Origin: the human T2T-CHM13v2.0 reference genome, Homo sapiens
Length of the DNA: 64,000 nucleotides
Reading direction: 5' to 3' (one strand)
Assembly: GCF_009914755.1 (NCBI RefSeq)
Contig: NC_060947.1
Of the stretch, positions 45,093 to 58,726 are shown one piece after another. The notes below the pieces were generated by a model. That model saw only the letters and a list, made by a program, of their open reading frames with translations, ran no database searches and was not told the origin of the DNA. The position numbers and the translations under genes are program-made. Every line of letters starts with the position of its first letter. Within the stretch, counting starts at the first letter, position 1.

Positions 45093-47119
45093 GCACTATC
45101 AACACCTCTATGCACACAAACTGGAAAATCTAGAAAATGTGGATAAATTTCTAGACACATACAACCTCCCAAGGTTAATCTAGGAAGCCTGCCAATCAGA
45201 AAAAGCCAGAACCAGAAGGATTCACAGCTGAATTCTACCAGATGTATAGAGAAGAGCTTGTACCATTTCTACAGAAATGATTCAAAAAAAAAAATTGAGG
45301 AGGAGGGACTCCTCTTCAACTCATTCTATGAGGCCAACATCATCCCAATACTAAAACCTGGCAAAGACACAACAAAAAAGGACAATGTCAGGCTAATATA
45401 TTTGATGAATGTAGATGCGAAAATCTTTAACACAATATTAGCAAACCAAATCCAGCAGCCTATCAAAAAGCTAATCCACCATGATCAAGTAGACTTCATT
45501 CTTGAGATGCAAGCTTGGTTCAACATATGCAAAACAATAAATAAGATTCACCACAATCACAGAACTAAACACAAAACCCACTTGATCAACTCAATAAATC
45601 CACAAAAGACTTTCAATAAAATGTATCATCCTTCATCTTGAAAATCCTCAATAAACCAGATATTGATGGGACATACTTCAAAATATTAAGAGCCATCTAC
45701 GAAAAACCCACATCGAACATGATACTAAATGGACAAAAGACGGAATCCCTTGAAAATCAGCACAAGACAAAGATGCTTTTTCTCATCATTCCTGTTTAAC
45801 ATAGTATCGGAAATCCTGGGCAGAGCAATTGGGGAAGAGGAAGAAATAAAATAAAGAGTGGAAGCCAAACTATCCTTGTTCGCAGATAATATAATACTGA
45901 ATCTAGAAAATCCCATAGGTTCTGCCATAACTCCTTGATCTAATGAACAACTACACAAAGTTTCAAAATACAAAATCAATGTACAAAAATCTATAGAATT
46001 TCTATACACCAACAACGTCTAAGCTGAGAGCCAAATCAGGAACACAATTTCATTCAAAATCGCCACAAAAAATAAAATGCCTAGGAATGCAGCCAACCAG
46101 GGAGGTAAAAAATCTCTACAATGAGAATTACAATTCACTGCTTAAAAAAATCAGAAATGACACAAACAAATGGAAAATCATTCCTTGCTCATGGATAGGA
46201 AGAATTAATATCATTCAAATTGCCATACTGCCCAAAGCAATTTACAGATTTAATGCTATTACTATCAAACTACCAATAACATTCTTCATAGAATTAGAAG
46301 TAAATGTTTTAATATTCATATGGAACCAAAAATAGCCTGAATATTCAAGCAATCCTAAGCAAAGTGATATATACTATTTAATATATATGAATCACATTTT
46401 AATTCTTTGTTATACTATTAGTTTCAGTTTTCTGTCTCAAAACATTGACTAAAATTTCCAGAAATGTATTTAATAATATGGTTGATAGGGGCAATTTCTA
46501 CTGTTTCTGATTTTAATAAAAATTTTTCTGTCACTGTGTTTTCACTAAGAATATATTTTGACTATTAGTTTATAGTTCTACAGTTCTATAGTTCTAAACA
46601 TTTTTACAAGAATTATTTTATTGTATGAATTATTTTATAGTACCATATGATATAATTATCTTTTTCCTCATTTTACTCTAGAATAAATTGAGGCAAGAGA
46701 TGTTTCTTAGTATGCTCATTGCTGCATAACTTTAAGCAATAGAGCCAAAATTCAAGAAAGAAGATCAGTCTGTTTCTAGAGTACATATTTTAAGTGCCTT
46801 TCTTTTCTTTGATTACTCAATGTTTTGGAGAAATGTATGGTACTATTCACCAAATGCTATTTTTTTTTATCATTTAAGAAAATGCTTATATTGGTTTCTT
46901 TCTTTGAATTATTAATGCAGTTTAATTTTACTGTTAACAAACAGAACCATCCTTGTATTCATAAGTTAGGATTTATAGATATCCTGTCATTAAATAAAGG
47001 AATGATTTTGTTAGGTAAGGGGTGACTGAGTGGTATAGACGTGAATGAGTAAATAATGAAGAACTCAAAAACATTGCAAACCTAGTATATTGGGTAGTAT
47101 ACACATATACATATAAATA

Positions 47120-47236
47120 TATATCTTATAATGCATTTCTATATATGTCAGATATTCATAAATGTATCAATTATTTATATATTTGTAGTCTATTGGACTT
47201 TTGATTCTGTTTCTCTGAATAACTCTGACTAGTATA
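47120..47236 (+). mobile_element. MLT2 LTR 3' terminal fragment
   Basis: 'ttgattctgtttctctgaataactctgactagtata'. Confidence 0.5.
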
Positions 47237-48314
47237 GGCAGTTTATATGTAGACATATGTTTTTGTCCATTCAACCCACTAAAGGCTTCAAAGCAAGATG
47301 TGGATAAACTAGACTAGTGTATAAATACAAATAGTAATATAGAAGTTTGGAGAATGTAGCAAGTCATTTACCTATGTTTATATCCATCCTGTCTTGCTAT
47401 TAGTGGGAAGAGATAATCTTATTCTTATCTAACACTGATCATTAGAGGGGATTTTAACCAAACTCACTGTATATTTTAAATTTAACTATAATTTTAGCAT
47501 CTGTCAACAGATATTCTACCTTTTTATACAATTCAAGTTGGTGACTCTTAACAATGTACTTCTTCTCTGGAGGTGGTAAATCAGAATCATAAAAGAGGGA
47601 GTAGTAGCCATTATATTAATATTTTATAGAAAATGGTTGAAATTGTTTAGAAACAATAATGCCTATGAAACCATGAAAGTCAGAAATGTCCTTCTTTTCT
47701 GATATGTGTGTGTACATGGTTATTTGTCTGTATGTATGCTAATATAGCTATTTTTAACCTCAATCAACAAGTTAGCCAAGCTATAAATACAACTTTAATT
47801 ATTTTTCTTTTAATTTAAAGTCCTTATTATGTTGAGGACAGTTTGGAGTTTTCCCACTTCACCACAATCAGGCTAAATTCCAGGGGTACATGTAATTTCA
47901 AGTCATTATAATGGGATTATATGTTTCTTGAATAATATTTTTATATCTTTTGTTCATCAGTGTGTTTATTATTTCAGGTAATCTTTTGTTTTAATCTACA
48001 TAGATCATTACATTGATGTTATTCTTTCATTTCTGCTAGATTTTCTTAGATCCAGAGACTTCTTTCTCTAATGTAATCATAGGAGCTTAATAATTATGCT
48101 TTTCATTACCACAATGAAGCATAGAAATCTCTGATAGGCAAGGACTAACTTTTCCTGTGTCTCCACAAAACTATCTGAGGTCTTATTACCGTTCTGAAAC
48201 TCTATGTACTAAACAGAGTCCATGGCACACCTCTGAGATTTACTTTCCCTCAATGCTTCCTATTTAATTTACCCATACAATTTCTCTTAAATCAAAAAGT
48301 CTATGTACGTATAA

Positions 48315-48600
48315 TAGTCTGAGATCAAAGTGCCAGCAAACTCAGTGTCTGGTAAGGGCTTGCTCTCTGCTTCCAAGGTGGTGCCTTGGCGAAAGGGACA
48401 AACGTGGTTCCTTCACATGGAAGAAGGGGAAAAATAGCCAATCAGGATTCCTAAAACCCTTCTGTATGGGCACCGATTCAATTCATGAGACTAGATCTCT
48501 CATTTCCTAATTACATTCTAAGGACCTCACCTCTTAAATCTATTGCATTAAGATCTGCGTTTAAACATGAATATTGGAGAAAGACAATGAAACCACAGGA
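48315..48600 (-). mobile_element. MSTC/MSTD-like MaLR LTR
   Basis: 'gagatcaaagtgccagca..gtgtctggtaagggcttgctctctgcttccaaggtggtgcc..aacatgaatattggaga'. Confidence 0.75.
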
Positions 48601-48639
48601 GTAACTAAGTCATATATGAAGGGCGACTGCTCTGAAGAC

Positions 48640-48745
48640 TCATTGAACTTTGCATAAATGAAGCATAAATATTTGTGTTGTTAAGTTAGAAAAGTTTTGT
48701 TATTTGCTTGTTATTGTAGCATTACCTGATCTATCTGGAGTAACA
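48640..48745 (+). mobile_element. Old MLT1 LTR 3' fragment
   Basis: 'ataaatatttgtgttgttaag..ttgttattgtagcattacct'. Confidence 0.45.
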
Positions 48746-50769
48746 TGAGATAAAATTATAATTCAATTAATATCCAAAATAGTATATTAATGCATTATTT
48801 ACCCAACTACCTACATATCTATTTATAAGCACATGTGCATGTACACACACATTAACATTTTGTTCTTGATTTCTAGGCCTTGCCTTACTAGGTAAATGAC
48901 TAAGACAGAAATTCAATGATGAATTTCTTATTTCAAGTTTGTTTAGAACAAATGTTCTGGGACCATAAGTTAGTAGAGAGAAGTCTTATGGAAAATAAAA
49001 TTAATAAGTGCAGTTTCATTATACACAAATGTCAGATAAATAAATCAGGTCAGACAAAAACCCAGCAATAGGAAATAAAATATTAGGCAAAAGCAGTAGC
49101 CTGTGCTTCAAGCCCAAGGTGAACAGATGAAATAGATTAACTAAAGTAATAAGTAGAAATAGTTGAAGTTAAAAAAAAAAAAGAAAAAGAAAATCTGAAG
49201 GGTGGGGAAAGATGGCAGAATAGAAGACCCACCAATGACCCTCCCTGCAAAGACCCTATTTAACAACTATCTACACAGAAAAAACAAACAAACAAGCAAA
49301 ATGCCTTAATTAGAACAAACAATCAAGTGAGTAATTACAGTACCTGGTTTTATTGTATAAATCTCAGTGATGACCTGTTATAGCAGAAAGCAAAATCAGA
49401 CCAAACTCAGCTGATGCCAACCCACAGAGGGAGTAGTAAAACCAGCCCTAGCCAGAGAATTGCTGATCCCAGTTGTCAGAACTTGAGCTCCAGGAAGCCT
49501 TGCCACCTAATGCTAAAGTGCTGTGGGGCTCTAAATACACTTAAAAAGCAGTCTGTGCCACAAAGACTGCAAGTCCTAGGTGAATTCTAGGGCTGAACTG
49601 GGCTTAGAGCCAGTGGACTGTAAGGGCACGTGACCTACTGAGACACTGGCTGGAGTGGTTAGGGGAGTGCTGGCACTACTCCTTCTCTAACTCCAGACTG
49701 CACAGCTCACTGCATCAAAAGACAGTCCTTTCTTTTGCTTAAGGAGATGAGAGGAAACAGTCAGGAGTAATTTGTGTTGTATCTTGGATACCAGCTTAGC
49801 CACAACAGGTTAGGATACTGGTCAGAGTTGTGAGAAAAAATAGGTCATTATACCATAATAAAAAAGGTCAATTCAGCAAGGGGATATAAGAATTATAAAT
49901 ATACCAGAGTCAAACACTGGAGCATAAAGACATATGAAGCAAATATGTTTAGAGCTAAAGAGAGAGAAAGACCCCAATAGAATAATAGATGGTAAGTTCA
50001 ACACCCCACTTTTAGCTTAGAGAGATATTCCAAACACAAAATTAATAATTAAAAAAAAACCTTTACACTTAAGCTTCATTATAGACCAAATGAACATCAT
50101 AGCTATTTACATAACATTTCATCCAACAGCTGCAGAACGCACATTCTTTTTCTCAGCACATGGATTAATCCCTAGGATAAACCATATTATGTTATAAAAC
50201 AAGTCTTAAAAAATCCAAAAAATTAAAATAATATTAGGCATTTTATATGAAGAACGATGAAGCAAAACTAGAAATTAAAAACAAAAGAAATTTTGAAAAC
50301 CACCCAAACACGTGAAAATTAAACAATATGCTCCTGATCAGTGAGTCTATGAAAAATTTTAAAAAATTAAAAAAAAATTTGAAACAAATGATAATGGAAA
50401 TGTGACATACCAAAACCTGAGGAATACAGCAAAAGCAGTAATAAGAGGGAGGTTTATAGCTATAAATCCCCACATTAAAAAAGAAGATAAAGTTCAAATT
50501 AACAACCTGACAATGCATCTGAAATAACTTGAAAAGCAAAGGTAAGCCAAACCAAACTAAAAATTAGTATAGGAAAAGTAATAATAGAGATCAGAGCAGA
50601 AGTAAAGATTGAAATGGAGAAAAAAACACAAGAGATTAATAAAATAAGAAGTTTGGTTTTTTTATTTTTATTTTTTAAGTTAAACAAAATTCACAAACGT
50701 TTAGCCAGACTAAGAAAAAAACAGAGCATAACTGAATAAATTAAACCAAAAATAAAAAAGGAGACATTC

Positions 50770-51353
50770 TGTGATCGTTTATATTAGGTGCCCACTTGAT
50801 TAGATTGAAGAATGCCTAGATGACTGATAAAGTATTATTTCTGTCTGTGTCTGTGAAGGCGTTGCCAGAGGAGGCAGATATTTGGTCAGTGGACTGAGAG
50901 AGGAAGATCTACACTCAATGTGGGTGAGCACCATCCAGTTGGCTGCCATTGCAGCTACAACAAAGCAGGTGGAAAAATGTGAGATAACCTTGCTTGCCAA
51001 ATCTTCTGGCTTCCTTCTTTTCTCAGTGCTGCATGCCTCCTCCTATTCCTCCTGCCTTTGGACATAGGACTTCAGGTTCTTTGGCCTTTGGACACTTGAA
51101 CTTTTACCAGTGGCCTGCTGGGGACTCTTGGGCCTTTAGCCACAGAATGAGGGCTGCACTGTCAGCTTCCCTGGTTTTGAGGCTTTCAGACTTGTACTGA
51201 GCCACTACCAGCTTTCCTTTTCCCCAGCTAACAGAGGGCCTATAGTGAGACTTTGTCTTGTAATTATGTGAGCCAATTTTATATAATAAACTTCCTTTCA
51301 TATATGCATACATCCTGTTACTTCTTTTCCTTTGGAGAACGCTGACTAATACA
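50770..51353 (+). mobile_element. 5' LTR (MLT2A2)
   Basis: 'tgtgatcgtttatattaggtg..gaatgcctagatgactgataaagtatt' through 'aataaa..ctgactaataca'. Confidence 0.92.
50797..50807 (-). promoter_or_regulatory. DUX4-like motif in the 5' LTR
   Basis: TGATTAGATTG (reverse complement CAATCTAATCA) is 10/11 identical to TAATCTAATCA. MLT2A LTRs are known DUX4 targets. Confidence 0.5.
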
Positions 51354-51393
51354 GATTTTACTTCCGGGGTAGTTCTGGACAAAAAGAATTTTA

Positions 51394-53155
51394 ATGATGG
51401 ATTTCTTTGGTTGGTTCTGGGGTTTCTGGATTTGGCTCTTTAAAATCTGATTAGACCTAAAAGTGCTAAGGACTCTACTTCTAATAGTATAGAGAATATT
51501 GATAGTCCTTGGTGTGAGTTGTTTACAGTTGTGCAAAATAAATGTATTTGATACTCCTGATTTCACTGCTCCTTAGAGGCAAGGAGGTTAGCTAATCTAT
51601 ACATGATACCTTTCAACATTTGTAGAGAACCAACAATACAGTAAAGTTGCTTAGTTGTCTCTAAGTTCATTGGACAAAGTGTTGAACGAAAAGGATAAGT
51701 TCAGGAATTCTATCTTCAGGCTCCAGCATCACATACTTAGCCTCAACGCTTCTAAGATTGCCCACAGTGAGAGTTGAATCTTCCTTAGACACAGGGCTAA
51801 AATTTTTGAAAATCAGACAGAATCTTTTATCATGCCAGTGGCTAATCTACAAGGAAACGTGCAGGCTTAGCCTTGTCAGGTGTCTACAGTTAAACTGAGG
51901 GCCTAAACTGGGAAAGAATGAGGCCCTGTAACTTGGGATGGGGACATGTGGAAGCACCCCAATGAAGCTGGGGACACGGACTTCCTCAATTCTCATGAAC
52001 CTTTTTTGCCAGAGGAAATGGGCTATTCACACCCAGTGGTGTGTTCATTCCCTCTTCCACACAGGCTGCTATGAGCCTTTCCACATTTGCCTGAAGAGAT
52101 TAACTATGCATTGCCTGAGGAAATAGCAATGGCCTCCTCTGAGGCGGTTGCCAGGCAAGACAATGCAAATTCTCTTCAGGACCCACCTCAACACCTCTCT
52201 TTACTTCTACACCTGTAACTAGACTGAAGTCCTGGCAGGCCCATAGAGGTGATGTTCAGAGTTTGACCCATTAGGATGTTCACTATACTACAAAAGAACT
52301 ACTCGAGTTTTCTGATTTATATAAGCAGAAATCTGGAGAACAGGTATGAGAATGAATATTAAGAGTGGGATAATTGTGGAAGGAACATAAAGTTGGATCA
52401 GGCTGAATTTATTGATACGGGTTCATCAAGCAGAGATTCTGCATTTGATGTTGCAGCTACGGGAATTTTAAAAAATGTTCTTATAGTTTATTCGCTTGGA
52501 TAGCTGAAACATGGGTCAAAATATGGCCCACTGCGAGTAAGCTGGAAATGCCTGATCTCCCTTGGTTTAATGTAGAAAAAGGAATCCAAAAGCTTAGGGA
52601 GATTGGAATGTTAGAGTGGATTTGTAAATTTAGCCCTACTAATTCCAACTGAGAGAACACAGAAGACATTTTCTTCATCAATACCTTGTGAAATAGATTT
52701 GTCAGAAGAGCAATGGCATCCTTGAAGAGCTGTGTGATCTCTCTTCTCTTTATGCCAGATCTTATGGTGAGAACCACAGTCACTCAATTGGAAAACTTAA
52801 ATGCGATGGGAATAATTGGACCCTGAGGTGGCAGGGGCCAAGTGGCAGCACTCAACCGTCAAAGGCAAGGTAGGCATAGTTGCAGTAATAGACAACAGAG
52901 ACAAAGCAGCAATCAGAATACTCTTACTCTTGTAGAGCTCTAGCATTGGCTAATTAATCATGGTGTTCCTGGAAGTGAAATTGATAGGAAGCCTACTATA
53001 TTCTTACTTGATTGGTATGAGCAGAAAACTTCCAGGCCAAGTGAACAAAAGATTGATTTGAATGATAAAAAACAAAGAATCACAGCCCCTCAATCAATTT
53101 TCAGACTTGAATAAATTTACAGATCCAGAACCCCTTGAAAAAAAGGAAGGCTGAG
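51394..53155 (+). pseudogene. gag: HERV-L gag remnant with multiple stops and frameshifts
   Basis: Follows the degenerate PBS region (51354-51378) and is homologous to the second ERV-L gag in this window. Confidence 0.75.
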
Positions 53156-53159
53156 TCAC

Positions 53160-56120
53160 CTTGAGAAAGGACCCCACTACACTACTGAAAATTTATACTG
53201 TTAATTTTTCTCTTATCTTTACCCAGGGAGACCCCTGGGCTTTCATCAGAGTAACTGTTCAATGGGAAAAGAAAAATGATCAGACCTTTTGGGGATTACT
53301 GGACACTGGCTCTGAGCTGACATTGATTCAGAGGATCCAAAATGTCATTGTGGCCCTCCAGTTAGAGTAGAAGCTTGTGGAGGTCAAGTAATTAATGAAG
53401 TTGTAGCTCAGGCCCAACTTACAGTGGGTCCAGTGGGTCCCCAAACTTATCCTGTGTTCATTTCCTCAGTGCCAGAATGCATAATTGAAATAGACATACT
53501 TAGCAGTTGACAGAATCTCCACATTTGTTCCCTGACCTGGGGGTTGAGGGCTATTATGGTGAAAAAGGGCAAATGTGAGCTATTAGAGCTATCACTATGT
53601 AGAAAAATAGTAAATCAAAAACAATATTACATCCCTGGAGAGATTGCAGGGATTCTTGCACCATCAAGGACCTGAAAGATGCAGGGGTGGTGATTCCCAC
53701 CACATTCCTGTGTAACTCTCATATATGGCCTGTGCAGAAGAATAATGGACCTTAAAGAAAGACAGTGGATTATTATAAGCTTAACCAAGTGGTGACTTCA
53801 ATTGCAGCTGCTGTACCAGATGTGGTTTTATTGTTCGAGCAAATTAACACATCTCCTGGTTCCTGGTATGCAACTACTAATTTAGCAAATGCCTTTTTCT
53901 TCACCACTGTCGATAAGGCCCACAAGAAGCAACTTGCCTTTAACTGGCAAGACCAGCAATATACTTCACTGTCCTACCTCAGGGCTATGTCAACTTTCTG
54001 GCTCTGTGTCATACAGTTGTTTACTGAAATCCTGCTCACTTGTCTCTTCCACAAGATATCACACTGGTTTATTACATTGTTGAAATTATGCTGATTGAAA
54101 CCAGGGAGCGAGAAGTAGCAACTACTTTGGACTTACCATTGAGATATTTGCATGCCAGAAGATGGAAAATGAATCTGATAAAAATTCAGGGACATTCTAC
54201 GACACTGAAATTGCTATGGGTACAATGGAGAGGGGGCCTGTCGAGATATTCCTCTAAGGTGAAGAATAAGTTGTTCCATTTGGCTTATTCTACAACCAAG
54301 AAAGGCACAATGCCTAGTGGGCCTGTTTGGATTTTGGAGGCAACACATTCTTCATTTGGGTGTGTTACTTCAACTCATTTATTGAGTGAACCAAAAGGCT
54401 GCTAAATTTGAGTGAGGCCCGGAAGAGGGGAAGGCTCTGCAACAGGTCCAGGCTGCTGTGCAAGCTGCTCTGCCACTTGCACCATATGGCTCAGCAGATC
54501 CAATGGTGCCTGAGGTGTCAGTTGCTTATAGAGATGCTGTCTGGAGCCTTTGTCAGGCCCCCATAGGTGAATCCCAGTGGAAGCCTCTAGGATTTTGGAG
54601 CAAGGCCCTGTCATCTTTTGCAGATAACTACTCTCCTTTGGAGAGACATCTCTTGACCTGTTACTAGGCCTTGGTAGAAACAGAATGTTTGACTATGGGT
54701 CACCAATTTATTATGTAACCTGAACTGCCTATCATAAACTGGGTGCTTTCTGACCCATCTAGCCATAAAGTTGGATGTGCACAGCAGCATTTAATCATCG
54801 AATGGACATGGCATATACACAATCAGGCTTGGGCAGGTCCTGAAGGCACAAGTAAGTTAATGAGACAGTGGCCCAAATGCCCATGGTCCCTACTCCTGCC
54901 ACCCTGCCTTCTCTCTCCAGTCCTGCACTAATGACCTCATATAGTTCACCATGAAAAGTTGACAGAGAAAGGAAGACTAGGTCCTGGTTTATAGATTGTT
55001 CTGCATGATATGCCAGCACCACCTGAAACTGGACAGCTGCAGCACTACAGTCCCTTTCTAGGGCATCCCTGAAAGACAGCGGTGAAGAAAAATCTTCCCA
55101 GTGGGCAGAACTTCAAGAAGTCAACCTTTTTTTTGCACTTTTCTTAGAAGGAGAAATTGCCAGACATGCAATTATATACTCATTCATGGGCTGTAGCCAA
55201 TGGTTTGGCTGGTTGGTCAGGGACTTTGAAAGACCATAATTGGAAAACTGGTTAAAAAGGAGATTTGAGGAAGAGGTACGTGGATAGACCTCCTTGAGTG
55301 GTCAAAAACTGTGAATATATTTGTGTCCCATGTGAATGCTTACCAAAGTGTGACCTCAGCAGAGGAGAATTTTAATAATCAAGTAGATAGGATGATCCAT
55401 TTTGCAGACACCACTCTGCCTCTTTCCTCAGCCAAACCTGTCATTGTCCAATGGGCTCATAAACAAAGTGACCATGGTGGCACAAATGAAGTTTACACAT
55501 GGGCTTAGCAATATGGTCTTTCATTTTCCAAGGCTGACCTAGCTATGGCCACTGCAGAGTGCCCCATCTGACAGCAGCAGAGGCCAACACTGAGCCCTCG
55601 ATATTGCACTATTCCTTGGGGTGATTAGCCAGCTACCTGGTGGCAGGTTGATTACATTGATTACATTGGATGTCTTCCGTTGTGGAAAGTGCAGCAGTTT
55701 GTTTTTACTGGAATACACACTTACTCTGGATATGGGTTTGCCTATCCTGCATGCAATGCTTCTGCCAAGACCACCATCCATAACTCGTAGGTTGCCTTAT
55801 CTGCTGTCAAGGCATTCCACACAGCATTGTCTCTGATCAAGAAACTCACTTCACAGCTAAAGAGGTGTGACAGTTGTGGGCTTGTGCTCATGGCATTCAG
55901 TAGTCTTAATATGTTTCCCATTATTCTAAAGAAGCTGGCTTGATAGAATGGTAAAGTGGACTTTTGAAGTAACTATTTCAATGCCAATCAGGTGAAAATA
56001 CTTTTCAGGGCTGGGAGAAAGTTCTCCAGAAGGTTGTGTATATCCTTGATTAGCATTCAATATATGGCACTGTTCCTTCCATAGCAAGGATGTGTGGTTC
56101 CAGAAATCAAGGAGTAAAAC
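53160..56120 (+). pseudogene. pol: HERV-L pro-pol remnant (protease, RT, RNase H, integrase)
   Basis: LLDTGSELTLI (about 53296); DYYKLNQVV..NLANAFF; LVYYIVEIML (decayed YIDD, 54073-54084); KPLGFWSKAL..NYSPLERHLL; VSHVNAYQ..NNQVD; WAHKQSDHGG. Confidence 0.9.
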
Positions 56121-56129
56121 TGGAGGTGG

Positions 56130-56500
56130 TACCACTCACTGTCACCCCTAGTAACCCACTAGAAAAATTTTTGCTGCCTGTTTCCATGACATTATGTTCT
56201 GCTGGCCTAGAAGTGTTATTTCTAGAGAGAGAAATGCTGCCACGAGGAGACACAACAATGATTCCATTAAACTGGAAGTAAGACTGCCACCTAGCCACTT
56301 TGGGCTTCTTCTGGCTCCAAGTCAACAGGCTAAGAAGGAAGGTACAGTGTTTTCTAGGATGATTGACCCAGACTATCAAGATAAAATCCGATGCCACAAC
56401 ACAATTAAAGTAAGGAAGAGTATGTCTGTAACACAGGAGATCCCTTAGGGCATCCGTTTGGTATCACTATGCCCTGTGATTAAAGTCAATGAGATACTAC
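56130..56500 (+). pseudogene. HERV-L dUTPase remnant
   Basis: SAGLEV..GDTTMIPLNWK and RLPPSHFGLL..MIDPDYQDKI in shifted frames, downstream of integrase as in ERV-L. Confidence 0.82.
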
Positions 56501-56774
56501 AACAACTCAATGCAATCATGACTGCAAATAGCCCAGAGCCTTTAGGGATGAAGGTTTGGGTCACTCTATCAGGTGAAAAACAAAGATTAGCTGAGGTGAT
56601 TTCTGAAGGCAAAGGAAATACAGAATGGGTAGCAGAAGAAGGTAGTTACCAATATCAGCTACAACCATGTGACCAGTTGCAGAAATGAGGACTGTAATAG
56701 TCATGAGTATTTACAACTTTTTTTGTTAAGACTATGTTTGTGCATGTGTTCAACTGTATTAAGAAAATATCTTT

Positions 56775-57422
56775 TGCTGACGAGGCTGTGGAGAAATAGG
56801 AAAGCTTTTACACTGTTGGTAGGAATGTAAATTAGTTCAACCATTGTGGAAGACAGTATGGAGATTCCTCAAAGATCTAGAACCAGAAATACCATTTGAG
56901 CCAACACTTCCATTACTGCATATATACCCAAAGGAATATAAATCCTTATACTATAAAGACAAATGTACAGATATGTTTATTGCAGCACTATTTACAATAG
57001 CAAAGACATGGAACCAACCCAAATGACCATCAATGATAGACTGGATATAAAGAAAATGTGGTACATATACACTGTGGAATACTATGCAGCCATAAAAAAG
57101 AATGAGATCATTCTCCTTTGCAGGGACATGGATGAAGCTGGAAGCCATCATCCTCAGCAAACTAGCACAGGAACAGAAAACCAAATACCACATGTTCTCA
57201 CTCATAAGTAGGAGCTGAACAATGAGAACACATGGACACAGGGAATGGGACAACATATACCAGGGCCTGCTGGAGGGTGTGAGTCAAGGGGAGGGAACTT
57301 AGAGGATGGGACAACAGGTGCAGCAAACCACCATGGCACATGTATACCTATGTAACAAAGCTGCACATTCTGCACATGTATCCCATTTTTTAAAAGAAGA
57401 AATAAAGAAAAACAAGACAAAT
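56775..57422 (+). mobile_element. 5'-truncated L1PA8 inserted in HERV-L
   Basis: TSD aaaatatcttt (56764-56774; 57423-57433). L1PA8-type end 'gggagggaacttagaggatggg..tgtatcccattttttaaaagaagaaataaag'. Confidence 0.88.
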
Positions 57423-57652
57423 AAAATATCTTTATATTATTTTCTTTTTTATCCTTATGTAACATTAGATTTATCACTTCATAGCAGCATTTAATTATTT
57501 TTAACTTCAATAGCATTTAGGTTAAGGATTAGTGCACTTTTATTTGTATAAAGGATAGTTGTATTATGTTAGGTGTAATTATGACTTTATTATTACCTAT
57601 ATTTGGAGATTAAGTATAATTTCAGGAGATGCATATAGATGCCAAGTGGATT

Positions 57653-58252
57653 TGTGATGGTTAATATTAGGTGTCAACTTGATTGAATTGAAGGATGCCT
57701 AGATGGTTGGTAAAGTATTGTTTTTGGGTGTGTTTTTGAAGGTGTAGCCAGAGGAGATAGACATTTGAGTCGGTGGACTGGAAGAGGAAGACCCACCCTC
57801 AATGTGGGTGAGCACCATCTAATCAGCTGCCAATGTAGCTAGAACAAAGCAGGTGACAAAAGGTGGGGTGACTTTGCTTCCTAAATCTTCTGGCTTCTTT
57901 TTTTATTTATTTATTTTTTTCTCGATTCTGTATGTTTTCTTGTGTTACTCCTGCCCTTGGACATCAGTCTCCAGGTTCTTCGGCCTTCGGACTCTTGGAC
58001 TTGTACCAGTGGCTTGCTGGAGGCTGTTGGGCATTCGGCCACAGACTGAAGGCTAAACTGTCAGCTTCCCTGGTTTTGAGGCTTTCGGACTCATATTGAG
58101 CCACTACCAGTTTCTCTCTTTCCCAGCTTGCAGACGACCTATTGTAAAATTTTCCCTTGTAATCATGTGAACTAATTTTACCTAATAAATTCCCTTCTAT
58201 ATGTACGTATATCCTATTAATTCTGTCCTTCTGAAGAACCCTCACTAATACA
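57653..58252 (+). mobile_element. 3' LTR (MLT2A2)
   Basis: 'tgtgatggttaatattaggtgtcaacttgattg' through 'accctcactaataca'; collinear with the 5' LTR. Confidence 0.92.
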
Positions 58253-58726
58253 CATTCCAACTGATACCTCAGAAATTCAAAAGATCACTAGTGGTTTCCA
58301 CAAGCAAATGTATGCCAATAAATTGAAAATTCTAGAAGTAATAAACAAATTTCTAGACACATATAATCTACGGAGACTGAACAATGAAGAAATAAAAAAC
58401 CTGAACAGACCAATAACAAGTAATAAGACCAAAGCAGGAATAAAAAGGCTTGGAGCAAAGAAATGCCCAGAACCCGATGGCTTCTGTGCTGAATTCTACC
58501 AAACATTTAAAGAACTAATACAAATTGTACTCAAATTCTTCCAAATATAGAGAAGGGAAGAATACTTCAAAACTCATTTTATGAAGCCAGTATTATCCTG
58601 AGACCAATACTAGACAAACACATATTTAAAAAAACTACAGTCTAATATTTTTGTTAAATATTGATGCAAAAGAAACATCAACAAAATACTAGCAACCAAA
58701 TTTGACAACACATTAAAAAGATCTTT

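Larger units (their letters stand above)
50770..58252 (+). mobile_element. Near-complete HERV-L provirus with MLT2A2 LTRs
   Basis: Two LTRs with TG..CA ends, TSD cattc (50765-50769; 58253-58257), internal gag-pro-pol-dUTPase remnants, no env. Confidence 0.95.

Noticed and set aside
51354-51378. Functional tRNA-Leu primer binding site
   Set aside because: The position is right, but the sequence is too degenerate (no TGG start) to call functional.
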